Shown: piece after piece, positions 50,114-64,000 of the stretch
How positions within the stretch are numbered: the first letter of the stretch is position 1
How the letters are laid out: each line of letters begins with the position of its first letter
Source: Octopus bimaculoides
Taxonomy: Eukaryota
Assembly: GCF_001194135.2 (NCBI RefSeq)
Contig: NC_069004.1
Span: 2,145,968 to 2,209,967 of the forward strand
Reading direction: 5' to 3'
DNA length: 64,000 nucleotides
Made by a program: the position numbers and the translations under genes
Notes under the pieces: model-generated
The model's database searches: none
Seen by the model: only the letters and a program-made list of their open reading frames with translations
Told to the model about the DNA's origin: nothing

Positions 50114-53100
50114 GCCACATTATAAATAATAACAAAAACACTCAGAGAGCGCAAACCTCCGTCAAGGAAACATCATTGTCCTCTCAATGATTAACCGGAG
50201 ATGTTTTTTAAAACGAGAATATCTGAAATAAACTCGACTGCTCTCAGAAATTATGTAAAAAAAAACAAAAGTTTCATTCGAATCCATCCAGCGGTTCTTG
50301 AGATACCTTGTCCACAGACAAACAACCGAACAAACACGACTAAAAACAATACCCCCGCCTTCGATAAGGCGGAGCTAATAATTTCTTCAAATTTCAGCTA
50401 AAGGTCAGTAATTTGAGGGGAGGGGTTAAATCGATTATATCAACTCCAGTGCTCAACTGGTACTTATTTTATCGATCTAGAAAGGACGAACGGTAAAGTA
50501 GACCGCAACGGAACTTGAACTCAGAACATAAAGCCGAACGAAATGCCGTTGAGCATTTAGTCCGGCGTGCTAATGATTCTGTCAGCTCGCCGCCTTGTTC
50601 ATACCGTAACAATCCTTTCTACAAGAGGCACAAGACCTGAAATTTTTGTGGGACGGGGTACATCGCTCCTAGTATATGTCTGGTATTTATTTATTCGACC
50701 TCGAAAGGAAAGAAGACAAAGTCAACCTCGGCGGGATTTGAACCTAAAAGACGGGCGAAATGTATGTCCCTTTACTAAGTTATCTCCCCCTTAATTTTTA
50801 TTTATTTTTTAAATATCCCTAAGCTGAACAATTACCGGCATATGCCTTTAAATCAAGGGCATGAGCGAGACCATCGGCTTTCTTCTGTCGTCTACAGACA
50901 GTTGTATTAGTTCCCGAATTGAGAACATATTTACCTTCGCTAAGAGTTCAACAAAAAAACCGATCCAAGGGAAACTACTCTGAATATCTACGGAACATTT
51001 CTTCGTGCGTTCTCAACGGCGTAGCTGCACTGTGTTGCGGCTTGGGGAAGCCCTTGAGTTTACCGGCCTCTCGCCTTCTCTAGACCCCAAAGTGTCACCA
51101 GGGTGGACCGCCCACGTTGTCCCCATCTTAGCTACGCTACAATGCGTTCGATACTTTTTTTCAGTCATAAAATTAACTTATTCCAAAGAATCTGTTTTAC
51201 ACACACACCTTCCTCACCCACTTGTAACATTATTCGATTTTTACCCTTGAGTCCGTTCTCCCTGTTCAAGGAAGCTTCCATTTAACCAAGTGCACCCACT
51301 CGCGTGCAGAGAAGAAGAGAAAAGCCCCGATTTTAGGTTCAATTTCTTTACTTTCCTTCTTTTACACGTTTAAGTTACACCGGTTGTCAAGTGGTAGTGG
51401 TAGTGGGAGAAAATACACGCACAGAAACACACACGCATATGCATACATACATACACACTTACAAACACACACACACATAGGACGGGTTTCTTTCAGTTTC
51501 GGTCACAAGGTTTATTTATTTATTTATTTATTTAGTGAATTATTTAATTATTGCCTCCACAAAAACAAAGAAAACAAAACAACCCCCTCCCACTCCGACA
51601 TACAATTCTTGAAACATTAGAATTCACTTCTTGCAGAACACGGTGACTCTACCTGGTCGTTCAATTTGCTAGAAATAACCACCGCTATCAGCACCACCGC
51701 TGCTGCTGCTGCTACTGCTACTATTACTAAAACCACCACCACCACCACTACCACTACTACCGCCATTATTATAACTATCATTATATCCATTATTATCACG
51801 TCAGACGACGCCAAATTCTTTACATGCCATACCATAACTAGATTCCGAGAAATATTACAGCATTTCTCCCTCTCAGCAATTACATGAACAAACGATTGCC
51901 ATCACGCCCTCCCACCTCTCTCCATCACTCCTTTTCTTTCTTTCTTTCTCTTCATAAACATAGGATGAGAATGAAAAGAGGTTCAGCCAAACGTTTACTT
52001 TCAACCTAGCAACGTTCTCTGTGTTTCCAATGAATCGTAATTCCTGGTCGAAAATAAGAAGACGAATAAGGCGTGGCTGTATGGTAAGAAGCTTGCTTCC
52101 CAACCACATGGTACCGGGTTCAGTTCCACTGCGTGGCAACTTGGGCAAGTGTCTTCTGCTATAGTCTCGGGCCGACCAAACCCTTCACAGTGGATTTGGT
52201 AGAGTGAGACTGTAAGAAGCCCATCGCATGTATGTATGTGTGTTTGTGTGTGTGAGTGAGTGTTTCTTTGTCCCCCGCTACCGCTTGAGAACCGGTGTTG
52301 GTCTGTTTATGTCTCCCGTAACTTAGCGGTTCGGCAAAAGTCACAGATAGAACAAGGACTAGACTTAAAACATTAACACCGGTGTCGATTGGTTCGAGGT
52401 GCTGCTCCAGCATGGCCGCAGTCTAAGTAAAAGAAAAGAATTAAATAAATAAATAAATAAAATTACGTCACCAGAGACGCATCTGTTTTTTTCTAGTTGC
52501 CTGCTAGAATGTGTCCAGTTGGTGACTTGTGTTGATCTGATTGATGTGACTAATGGCTTGAGGTTACTCAGTCACCAGTCAAGGAATGTCCGGCTGCCAG
52601 TGAAATAATAGCTTGTAAGGATATCAGCCAGAGAATGCTAAATTACCAGCCTGTGAGTGTCCGGCTTCCGGATTCTCACCACTTCCTAACCAGGGATTGA
52701 CTGGATACCAATGAACATTGAAGCGAAGGGAATGTCAAATATATTTGAGCAGACAACTCAAAGTTCTTTATTAATTCATAAGCAATAAATCCGGGTTTTG
52801 CCTACGTCAACGCTGTAAATAAATATGCGGTGTAATGCTGACTGAATACAAGCTTAATCACTCCTAGTTGGGTTGCCTGGTTGAGGATGTTATTACTGAA
52901 AAACTTGAAGCATTCAGTGACCGCAGGGAACATCATCAGATGTGTCCGGCTGCATTAGGCGATGATCTATGAAAAGAGCTTTACTTATTTTTTAAAAGTT
53001 CGTTATTTTGTAAGTTAAGTAATTCAATAAGTTAATTATTTTGCACACAGGCCAATGCAGTGCACTGTGGAGCAAAGGAAAATGTATCGGCGTTTCGGAC

Positions 53101-53468
53101 AGCCGCTCTTTATCAAGTTAGAAGGAGAAGACCAGGAGCAAATATGCTAAGAAAGAAAAAAAGCTATGTGAGATAATGTGAGAAGATACATATTCCCACA
53201 ACGACCCAAAGGAAGTATGTTGAGTTTCAGGTTTCTTGTAGAAAAGAGCAAAGAAAGTAGCAGACAAATGTCGGACATGCGCGGAGAGAATTAAGCGGTG
53301 GATAATTTGTAGTATGTGTGTGCACTCGCGCGTGTATGAGTAAAAGTAAGGAAGTTTTGTGGGAATGTGTCGTTTTTCTATGTGTGTGTACTTGTAAGGA
53401 ATGAAGTACGCAAGAAATTGTATGGACACGCTCGATATTGCAGCTACCTTTCGTATTTTTCTGCATCA

Positions 53469-53918
53469 TGTTTCCCCGAAAGAAGGCCTTCCTCTCCCGA
53501 GTCTTGCAAGTTTTGAATTACCATTAATAAACTAATAGAATCTTGTTAGCATTAATCAAGTAATCCAACACTGCCTTCTTTTTGGCCAGTCTTCACTTAA
53601 GCCCTTCGCTTCCTTTGGAGTAGAGGCTAGCGATGACTTGCCTTCACTGTTTCTCATCTCTGGACTGTCTTCTCTGTTAATCTCCCGCTGTATCCCTGTT
53701 CTTTTGCAGCTTCCCTTCAGACTGTTTCCCTGAGAGAAGGCCTTCCTCTTCCAGATCTTGCAAGTTTTAAATTATCATTAATAGACTAATATAATCTTGC
53801 TAGTATTAATCAAGTAATCCAACGCTGCCTTCTTTTGGTCGAGTCTTCTCTTAGGCCCTTCGCTTTCTACGGAGCAGAGGCTAGCGATGACTTTCCTCCC
53901 CTGTTTCTCAACTCTCGG
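53469..53918. repeat. Direct duplication of about 190 bp, period about 254 bp
   Basis: gaaggccttcctct...aatcaagtaatccaac...agaggctagcgatgactt occurs at 53482 and 53736. Confidence 0.9.
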
Positions 53919-53992
53919 TTGTCCTTTTGCTTCTCTCCATTTGGATCCCTTTTTTCAGCTTCGTCTTAGTTTCAGTCCCCAGCTAAATGTGC

Positions 53993-54033
<41 letters not shown>

Positions 54034-56629
54034 TGTACACGCACCTGCATACACAGATATATAATATATACATATATATATGTAAGTACAAACGTATATA
54101 TATGTGTGTATATATATGTGTGTATATATATATTGTATACATNNNNNNNNNNNNNNNNNNNNNNNNNNNNNNNNNNNNNNNNNNNNNNNNNNNNNNNNNN
54201 NNNNNNNNNNNNNNNNNNNNNNNNNNNNNNNNNNNNNNNNNNNNNNNNNNNNNNNNNNNNNNNNNNNNNNNNNNNNNNNNNNNNNNNNNNNNNNNNNNNN
54301 NNNNNNNTATATATATACATGCATACAATATATATGTATATATACATGTATGCACACGTACACAGACACACACACAACATAAATAATAACGAGCACACAC
54401 ACTGGAATGAATAGACGGGAGGTGTATATAAATTTATGAAAGAAAGCGTAGCAGAGAACGACTCGTGTTTTTAGCAAAGCTACGAAGCTGGAGTGGGTGG
54501 AGTGGAGTGAGTGGATGTCAGTAAGAGTCGGGGTGGGGTCGGAGCAGAAGAACGGTTTGGTGACAAAGGAATTGGTAAAGGATGGCAATGGAAGCGCGCG
54601 CGCGTGTGTGTATGTGTGTGCATACAAAGAGCGGGAAGGATGCACTTCAAGAGAACCTTCTAGATGCATCTACTTACTGCAGGAAGTTCTACTACAGAAG
54701 AAGAAAAAAAATTGTCACAGGATATCCCTCGCTTAAACAAATGCATATAGACTTACATTCACTCACTCACTCACATACACAACTCTCTCTCTCTCTCTAA
54801 TATATATGTGCGTATATGTTTGTGCATATGCATAAGAATGCATATATATATATATATATATACACACATACACACACCATTCTCTCTCTCTATGACATGT
54901 ATATGTATGTGTGTTTGTGAAGTTTGGTGTTGTTTATGGTATCTATGTGCAGGCGCGTGTATGTGTGTGTAACTCTATAATCATATGACTATTTGTAACA
55001 ATAGCGATGTTAGCGAGCATATCAAATGTAGCGAAGATTAAATACCTCATTAAAATTGCTTATAAAACGAGGAAAATATAGCATTAGCATAACGACTAAT
55101 CCTATTTCAATCGGTTCTTTAAACACGGGAGGCAACTCTGGAACACGTTTCGCATTTATTAGACCTTCTTAGTCTAATAAGTTACACAACTCTTGCCACA
55201 AACCGGTAAACATAAATTCTTCCGAGAAAGAGGTCTTTGTTCATTTCTTTTAATTATCATCTCCCAGAATAACTGCTAAAAGCAGGAATATAAAACAACA
55301 ACAACGAAAAGCTAAAGCAAGCAAACCTACCTACCTACGGGCAAGCACTTATCTATTCACTGACAAAGGAGACAAGCTCCTTACAGCTTGTGAGTCAGAT
55401 CATCGATGATTTGTTTAATCCTCATCAGTGACTCATACTCAATTACCGATGGCTAAACTTGACTCACCTTGTCAAGAACGCGACGCACCAGGCGGTCTGA
55501 AAACCGAAACCGCTATCTTACGATCGTGAGTGGAACATCCTAGACACTAAGCCACGCACCTTCACAAAAGACAGAACCGTTTTGTGAAAGCAGAACCGAA
55601 CTGAATGACCTTCCCCCACCCACTTTTTCTTCATTAGCAAATGCATTCATCCGGAACTAATTATATCCTATTTTTTCTGACATTAATGTTTCGTTCAAGA
55701 AATCTTTATTAACACTTTACTAACTGTTCCCCAAGTTTACGAGGCTTTATTTCACAAGGCTACACCCTGTACGTACTGTGAACAAATAATCAAAGATAAG
55801 CAATGCGTTTTAATAAAGTAAAGTTGTCAATAGGAAGACTTTATCTCTATGAGAGAATCTTTTTGCTGAATATTTTTATATCAGTGGTGAGGGTTGATGA
55901 GCGTCGGGCTCCCCCTTTGTACATCTCGCTTGCCCGGCCATTTTAAAACTTCTCGATCCACTCACACACTTCTACGCGGTAAAACACTGTCCTCGTATTG
56001 TACTGAAAGCCTGCGATGAATTCCAGCCCCAGACACACCTTCAGATCAGAGAAATCAGATCACTGAACTCTGTTCTTCCTTGGTACACAAATACACACAC
56101 GCGCGCTCCCTATATACACTCCTGTTCTGGAACTTATAGACCTACAATCTTATGTACACAATTACACATACAATATATCTACGCACATATACACACTCCT
56201 GTTCTGAGATATATAAAACCCACAGTTTTACAAACATAATTACACACACACACATTTATACAGACAACCGCAAACGCGCACACAGAGATTCATACACGCA
56301 GCCCTATCCTGAGATATAAAACCTACAATCTCACATAATTACACACACACATCCAATTACAGACCAACTCAATTTTCCGCCATCCACTTCCACAAATAAA
56401 AACCAACCAACGCCGCCGCCTTTAAGGAATCACACAATAGACCCGGTTAGCAAATTACTTGTCAACTCGCCAAAGACTGTAGTTTATAATAACGACGACG
56501 ACGACGACGACGACGTCATTATCAACAACAGCAAGCGTAGCTGTGTAGTAAGAAATTTGCTTCTCAACCACATGGTTCCGAGTTCAGTCCCACAGCATGG
56601 CACCTTGGGCAAGTGTCTTCTACTATAGT

Positions 56630-56733
56630 CCCTCGATTGATGGTGTTATCAAAGACTCTCGATTGATGGTCTTACCAAAGACCCACGACTGGTGGTCTTA
56701 TCAAAGACCCTCGATTGATGGTCTTATCAAAGA
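56630..56733. repeat. 26-bp tandem repeat x4 (ccctcgattgatggtcttatcaaaga)
   Basis: Read directly; it abuts a truncated family-A SINE head. Confidence 0.9.
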
Positions 56734-57603
56734 GATTAATATTCCTTATTTGCCACAACTGTCTCATCATACATAAATGTAACTCGTCTACTTGAGCTTT
56801 ATAGACTGTTCTGGTTTCAGCTTACGACATTAAACTGCATATTAACACGTAGCGTAAGGGGTCGAGCGAGCAATCCTCCCCGGGTTACAGGTTCATGAAA
56901 CGGCATTTTTGGGTCCGCTGTATGAGCCTTTATACGTTTAGGAGCCCGCTGATTGGGGACGGGAAATTCAAAGGCTGCCCCGGGATGTCTTCAGGTTACG
57001 TCACAGACATAAACCCACTTTTGAATCTATACCTACCTACACAGTCTTCCCCGTAAAATATACAGACTGTCTCTTATGTAGACAACGTTACGCTCACATC
57101 TTACCGCCTTCTCCGGACATTTCAGCGCAGCCAATACTCCAAGTCTGTAGAAATCGCCGAGAGGCCAGGAAGCCAAGCAACAGACTTAAAGAAGCACAAA
57201 CGAAATTCTTTTCGTCTTTTCTACGTAGCAACATCACAGGACATCAAATACAACTAAGCTTAGCACTCAGCCACTTAAACATACAGAACACACACATATA
57301 CACTCACACACAAACACATAGACGCATGCATTTATACACTAACACACACTCTCTCTCTCATACACACACATACATGCATTTTTACACACACATATGCATT
57401 TATACACAAACACACACACACATAGGACACCGGCCATTTGGGTCTGAAGAGACGTTGTAAAGCTAAGCGCTTTATGGAGTGAAACCCAGGATAATCCCAC
57501 AGACCGGCGGCCATATCTAACTTTATCTATATACTCTATAACTTAGATTATGGTTCTCTTTCGGATTTATGATTTACTGACCACACACACACACACGGAT
57601 ATA

Positions 57604-58575
57604 TATCAGGTCACTAAGAATTAAATGTCTGATTTTGAACTGAAAGTTTTACTTTATCTCAACAGTAAGCAATGCAGTTAATCAAAGTATGCACCTAAAT
57701 TATCAACACAATTTTGCCGTTTTATCGTTGGCTTATTTATGCCGGCAGCGAAGAATTCTGGAGCGCAAGACTGTTTTTGCATCTTCTTCAGATTTGAAGT
57801 TTTTAACTTGCAAAAAAGTTGTCTAATGCCTGGAAAACATGATAGTCAGTTGGTGCAAGGTCTGGTGAATATGGTCGATGACAGAATGCTTCCAAGTTCA
57901 GTTCCTGTAACTTGAGTAGCTTTCTTTGTGCAACATGTGGTCGAGCATCGTCTTGCAAGAGAATTGACCTGTCTCTGTTGACCAATCTCGGATGGACCAC
58001 CAAACATACATCATTAGCCTTTTTTGGTGAATATTCTTCTTTGGATTGTGCTTTGGCACTTTCGTCTCTATCCAACCATCATGCAGAATGCTTGCTATTG
58101 TTGAAAAGAACCCAATTTTCATCACACGTAATAATACGATGCAAAATTGGTCCGCTTTTCTGCCGTGACAGCAAGTTTCAAGACGACGTGTCATTTGATG
58201 CTCGTTCACTTCCTGCAGTATTCACTTGTCCAGCTTCTTTACCTTGCCGATTTGTTTCAGATGGTCCAATACAGTTGGAATCGAAACATCAAACCTTGCT
58301 GCTAGCTCACGCATAGTTTGAAATGTATCCACTTCCACTACAGTTTCCAGCTCATCATTATCCACCTTGGTCTCAGATCTACCACAGTGCTGATTTTCAA
58401 GAGTTAAGTCACCAGACCAGAACTTCTCAAACCATCAACGTACAGTGCGCTCATTCGCCACATCTTAACCAAACACCTCATTGATGTTTCGAGCTGTCTG
58501 AGATGCATTGGTTCCATGACGGAACTCATATTCATAAACAACAGGAATTTTTGATCTATCCATGGGTTCACAAAA
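57604..58575 (-). mobile_element. Decayed mariner (DD34D) transposon with the 5' TIR missing
   Basis: ATG at 58563: MDRSKIPVVYEYEFRHGTNASQTARNINEVFG*...WFEKFWSGD...; LLQDDARPHVA; YSPDLAPTDYHVFQALDNF; stops and frameshifts; TIR-like end tatcaggtcactaagaattaaatgtctga next to TA. Confidence 0.92.
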
Positions 58576-58743
58576 ATTGACCCAGGATAACCCCATAGAC
58601 CGGCATATATCTAACCTTATCTATATACTCTATAACTGAGATTATGGTTCTCTTTCGGAACCTGGAACCATGTGGTTGGAAAGCAAGCTTATTACTACAA
58701 AGTCATGCCTACACCTCTAAAAGAAAAAAAAAAAGTACCACGA

Positions 58744-58816
58744 AGCCTCCAGTGAGAATTGAACTCACGACCCCTGGTTTACAAGACCAGTGCTCTAACC
58801 TCTGAGCTATGGAGGC
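58744..58816 (-). tRNA. tRNA-Thr (anticodon TGT)
   Basis: GCCTCCATAGCTCAGAGGTTAGAGCACTGGTCTTGTAAACCAGGGGTCGTGAGTTCAATTCTCACTGGAGGCT: 7-bp acceptor stem, CTGGT/ACCAG anticodon stem, GTTCAATT T-loop, 73 nt, followed by a long oligo-T Pol III terminator. Confidence 0.97.
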
Positions 58817-59599
58817 TTGCACGCTAAAATGACTGCAATATGAATAACCTTACTAGTTCCAAAGCACTCTGGTGAGATGTGCACCACCAACAAATGCAGG
58901 AGAGTAGCAACCACTGCACTCTGACTAAGTCCATCTAGTCTGTCTACCTCCACTGCGGTCACTGAATGTACGGTTGCACGAATAAACCGAACAGAGCGGA
59001 AAGAGATAGATAGATAGATAGATAGAGAGGGAGAGGGAAAGAGAGAGAAAGAGAAAGCAAAAGCTGTATGGGAGAGAGAGAGAGACAGACAGAGAGTGTG
59101 CAACATGTCGAGTCAGTTAAGATTTATTATCGCTTACACGTCGCAGTGTGCGGTAAGATCCACACTTAGACGGAGGAGATGATGTTAACCGGAAAGATGG
59201 ATCCGTCTTTTGGTCGCGCCCCCTTTTCAGAGCCATAAGATACACATACACATATATATATATATATGTACTCGATCAGTGTTGACTCGAGGCTAAATAA
59301 CAACAACAACCACGAGGTGCAAACGACTGTGCCTCAACGCTTGTTGCTCAACCTGCTAGAAATAGCAGCCAAATCTCTGTCGCACTACAACTTCAAATAA
59401 GAACGACATAGAAGCTATTGTAGTCTGAGAACAATACAATGCCTGCCAAAAAAAAAAAAAGAAAAAAAGCGTGATGGTCACGGCCGGAATGCCTTTGATC
59501 ATACATTTGTCTACTCAGAGCTGACTTGCGGCTAAACAACCAGCTACAATAACCACTGAAACGATCGCGGCCTTAACTGAACAACCTCATCTCTTCTTT

Positions 59600-60267
59600 T
59601 CATTCATTCATTGTCTTTCTTTCTTTCTTTCTTCTTTCTCTCCTTCTGTCTCTGTCTCTCTTTCCATTCCACACATACCACGACTACTAACTGCGTCTAA
59701 TCGTCGCCCCATCCACCACCACCAGTTACATACTACATCATAACCACCACTAAATACTACACCATTATCTCCTGCATCCGTCACCGCCACCGCCACCACC
59801 ACCACCGTCGCTGCCACCACTTAAATCACTACCAAAACCACCAACACCGCCATCATCTCTAACAACCAGCCCCCCCCCCCAAACCGCCACCACAACCGGC
59901 GCTGTACACTTGCTCTCGAAGCAGCTGTTGGTGTTGCTTGTTGTTGTTGTGGTTATTGCTGCTGCTGCTGCTGTTGTTGATAACCTGACGCCGTTTGACT
60001 CATCCAGTCCAATAATAATAATAATAATAACAACAACAACAACAATAATAATATAATAATAATAATAATAAATGCAAGTTACAGAAGAGAACTACAACGA
60101 AATAGTTTTACTAAATTTTCCACTGTTAGCAACAAGTCAGGCTGCAGCCAAGTAGTGAATATATACACACACACATACAAACACACATACGCACTTACAC
60201 CCACCTACACGCACTATATACACGTATATACATACTGACGCATACATACGCACACACGTACACACCC

Positions 60268-60312
<45 letters not shown>

Positions 60313-61313
60313 GCGCACATATTTATGTACTGACATACACACACATATTTATGTACTGACACACACATATATAATCATTCACACACATAGTTACATACGT
60401 ACGCACACGTATATACACCACACACAATCATTTCGAATGACTTGAAAACAATCAAGAGAAGGCGAGGACTTACTCCTATTTTTTTTACCGTCTGCGCCCA
60501 GTTTTTCTTCCAAGTTTTTACCCGAGGTTTAAACAGTAAGTTTTTGGTTACATAATTTCATAATTACCCCCACGTCTTTATCTACCCCTTTCCTTCTCTT
60601 ATTGCTTCTTTCCTTCCTTCCTTCTCTTCTTCCTTCTTTCACTTTTTTTTCTTCATCCTCACAAATTTTTCTCACACTATTTTCTTTTTCTTTAGTTCCC
60701 TTCAAACACTTGTTCTCTCGCCCTGTCTTTCCTCTATATTTCACCGTTTTTTCTTCTCCATTATAACATTATCAAAATAGTTTATATATTTTCCCTTGTG
60801 TACCTACCCCTTAAATGGCCCTTGAGAATCCCTATTTTTTTTCTTGCTTTTATACAGCTATATATTGTAATACAAACGTTCCACCGACTAATCTATCTAT
60901 CTATCTATCTATCTATCGGTCTGTCTGCAAATATTTGTTTCTTTCTTCTTTTCTTTCTTTTCGTCCATTCCTTCTCCATCTCTCACATTTTCCCTATTCG
61001 ATCCGTCTCCAGCGATCTCACGTATTTTCTTACATGGTTCATTCTTTCTTCACAATCGTTCATAACTTTTTATTCTTTCATCTTCCCTTCCTACCCTCCT
61101 TCGTTTCTTCCTCTCTCCTCTATTTTTCGTCGCCGATCATTTCTTTTACCGGTTCTTTTCTTTCATTTGTTCTGGCTTTCTTCTTTTCCAATTCTTTCTT
61201 TCTATCTATCCAATACTGCCTCGATGTCTGTCTGCATGTCTGTCTCTATTTCTCTCCCTGTCTGTCTGTGTCTATCTTTTCGTTCTCTTCTGTCCACCAC
61301 CAGCTCCACTCTG

Positions 61314-61346
<33 letters not shown>

Positions 61347-61459
61347 ATATATATATGTATATACTTCCATTACGCTATTACGTATACTCACGAATATGGT
61401 ATGTCTTTTCTTTTGTATCCTTGCTCAACATGTGTGTATGTGTTTCTTTCTTTTGTGTA

Positions 61460-61500
<41 letters not shown>

Positions 61501-62841
61501 ACAGACTTCAACAGCAAAGTATGTATGCCTTCTGTCTCTATATACATTTAAATGTATGAATAACTACGTGTATTGTATATGCATATCCTTATATCTTTAT
61601 ATCCATAAATGCGTGCGTATGTCTTCTGCATGTATGCATGCGTGTGTGGACGTCCGTCCACGCATGCATCAGTACATGTATACGTATGCATACACGTGTA
61701 TGAATACATCCACCGTATGCATGCACGTACCTGCCCGAATACATGCACACACCACATGTGCACCTCGGTGCATGTATACACATACATGCATACACACACA
61801 CATACATGTATATATACACACAAATACGTACTTATGTGAAGACGTAAGCATGTGGCATGCAAATATATCGGTGTGCAGCAGCATATCTCCCAGACTTCAA
61901 AAAGACTATTACATTAACAAGCTGTGTTTGTGTTACACACACACACACACTTTTGAATGCAGCAATTGTCCATTTCTTCACCTGTTGCTCGCTGTTCTGC
62001 AGACAGTGTTGAGATTTTCAGCGAAATGCCATGCACATTTGCACATTGCATATTTGAAAATGCACATGTACTTGCATGCTTGTGCAATCAGATACTTGGT
62101 AGACGCGGATATCACTTCAGACCTACATAGACTTACGTATGTATAATTATCACCATTAATCGCTCAGCGGCATTTCGTACGCCTTTACGTTCTTCTGAGT
62201 TCAAATTCCGTCGAGGTGGACTTTGCCTTCCTTCCTTCCTTTTGCAGTCGATAGAATAAGTACCAGTTGAACGCCGGGGTTGATGTAGTTGACTCAATCC
62301 CTTCCTCGAAACTGCTGGTCTTGTGGCAAAATTATTATTATTATTATTATTAGCTTTCGTTGCCTTAAGCGTATAAATGTGTGTGTATTTCCGGGTAGTT
62401 CTACATTTCAGTGTTAGTTTAGTTATTGTATGCACATCAACCTACACAAACTTGCACAAATGCAAACGTGCACACTCACATGCAAGCAAAGATATATGCA
62501 CAAGTACGAGCCACACACACAGACTTCCCTTGCATTCTCTCTCGCCAGCAAATGTACTGACATGGGTAGCAATAAATAATGAGTCGAAGTACTCGGGTAC
62601 TTGTTCAGGGATTTCCCAAACATACAGGCACACATACATGCATGCATACACCCATCCATAAACACATACAGACACACAGCATGTATACATACATATTATA
62701 TATACGTGTATATATAAAAAAATTCCCGGATGCAATCCATCTGTTGTTACTGCTTACGTACGTATGTATGCATGTATGTATACATATATAGTGTCTAGGG
62801 AGAGTCATGTTAATATAAAAAAAAACGAAGTATTATATATA

Positions 62842-62883
<42 letters not shown>

Positions 62884-62900
62884 ATGTGTGTATATATATA
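59600..62900. repeat. Low-complexity field of (CAC)n, (AAT)n, (TA)n, (CTAT)n, (GA)n, TC-rich and TAYR-type repeats
   Basis: Read directly; it accounts for the long compositionally biased ORFs here. Confidence 0.85.
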
Positions 62901-64000
62901 TATACTTATATATATTCTTTTACTTGTTTCAGTCATTTGACTTCGGCCATACTGGAGCACTGCCTTAGAGAGGTTTAGTCGAAGAAATCAGTTCTAGGAC
63001 TTATTCTCTGTAAGCGTAGTATTTATTCTATTGGTCTTTTTTGCCGAACCGCTAATTTACGCATACGTAAACACACCACCATCGGTTGTCAAGCGATGCC
63101 GGGCTGACAAACATATACATGTGTGTGTATATATATATATATATCAGTTTCCACCCACAAAATCCACTCAAGACTTTGGTCGGCCCGAGGCTAAAACAGA
63201 AAACACTCGTCCAAGGTTCCACGCAGTAGAACTGAACCCGGAACCATGTGGTTGGGAAGTAAGCTTCTTACCACACAGCCACGCCTGCGCCTATGTTTAT
63301 TTATTTGTATATACATTAACGTACATTAAAAAGTTGAGCGTAACTTCGAAGTTTCGGTTTACCCGACTGATGACGGCCAGTAAACTGAAATTTTGACGTC
63401 ACTGTTAGCCTTTTCCATGTAGAGATCCTGCGTTCCTGCGAGTGAAACCCAATGTAGCAAGACACTCTAGCGTAGATAGAGTGTGTGCAGCCCGGGGCGG
63501 CCGTTNNNNNNNNNNNNNNNNNNNNNNNNNNNNNNNNNNNNNNNNNNNNNNNNNNNNNNNNNNNNNNNNNNNNNNNNNNNNNNNNNNNNNNNNNNNNNNN
63601 NNNNNNNNNNNNNNNNNNNGTAGATAGATAGATAGATATACACGACGGGCTTCTTTCGGTTTCTGTCTACCACTCACAAGTCTTTGGTCGGCCCGGCTAT
63701 AGTAGAAGACACGAAAGAAAAAAAAAAAAGCAATATTACCTCAGCCATGCTGCAAAACATATACCAAACGAGGACAAACATGTATAGTTAGGCTACACGC
63801 AACAAAAGCAAAAACAAATCAAAATCTTAGATTATACTTAAATAAACGAAACCTCTGAAGATATTGACATAATTTCAAGCTAGGAAACATTGCTTAAAAA
63901 GACGTAACACGAAACAGTTGTTTGATAAATGTCGTTCCTACTGGTTACCGTGGAATATCACACAGCCTTGAATCTATCTACTGCCATAATATGTACAAAG

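Noticed and set aside
56630-56733. CRISPR-like array (also 37676-37775)
   Set aside because: Units are contiguous with no unique spacers, the context is eukaryotic, and there are no cas genes
59880-60000. PolyQ-like - strand frame
   Set aside because: Stop after 16 codons; a simple (CAG/CAA)n repeat
60798-62146. Long ORFs of 253 aa and 443 aa
   Set aside because: Translations of TC-rich, (TA)n, (GA)n and TAYR-type repeats (YIYI, CVCV, ERER), with no domain motifs or splice logic

Overview
Eukaryotic, AT-rich, microsatellite- and SINE-dense genomic DNA with 9 N-gaps. The repeat content resembles octopus or a related coleoid cephalopod (from recall of the repeat families, not verified). Three spliced protein-coding genes lie head-to-tail on the + strand: (1) RPL15, 3 coding exons, 204 aa; (2) a 701-aa, two-exon gene (9.5-kb intron) encoding a DUF3987/YfjI-like P-loop NTPase, a family better known from bacterial and phage mobile elements, here with polyQ/polyA tracts and a separate C-terminal domain, so it looks domesticated; (3) a MALT1-type paracaspase (death domain, three Ig domains, caspase-like domain with intact His/Cys dyad, C-terminal Ig-like domain), 14 visible coding exons plus one inferred to sit in an N-gap. 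There is one intact tRNA-Thr(UGU) on the - strand. The rest is decayed mobile DNA (RTE LINE fragments and tails, tRNA-derived SINEs, Penelope-like, Helitron, two Tc1/mariner copies, MITEs) and simple repeats. Most ORFs in the supplied track are microsatellite or gap artefacts. Exon phases were checked by hand; family assignments rest on motif recognition, not database searches.
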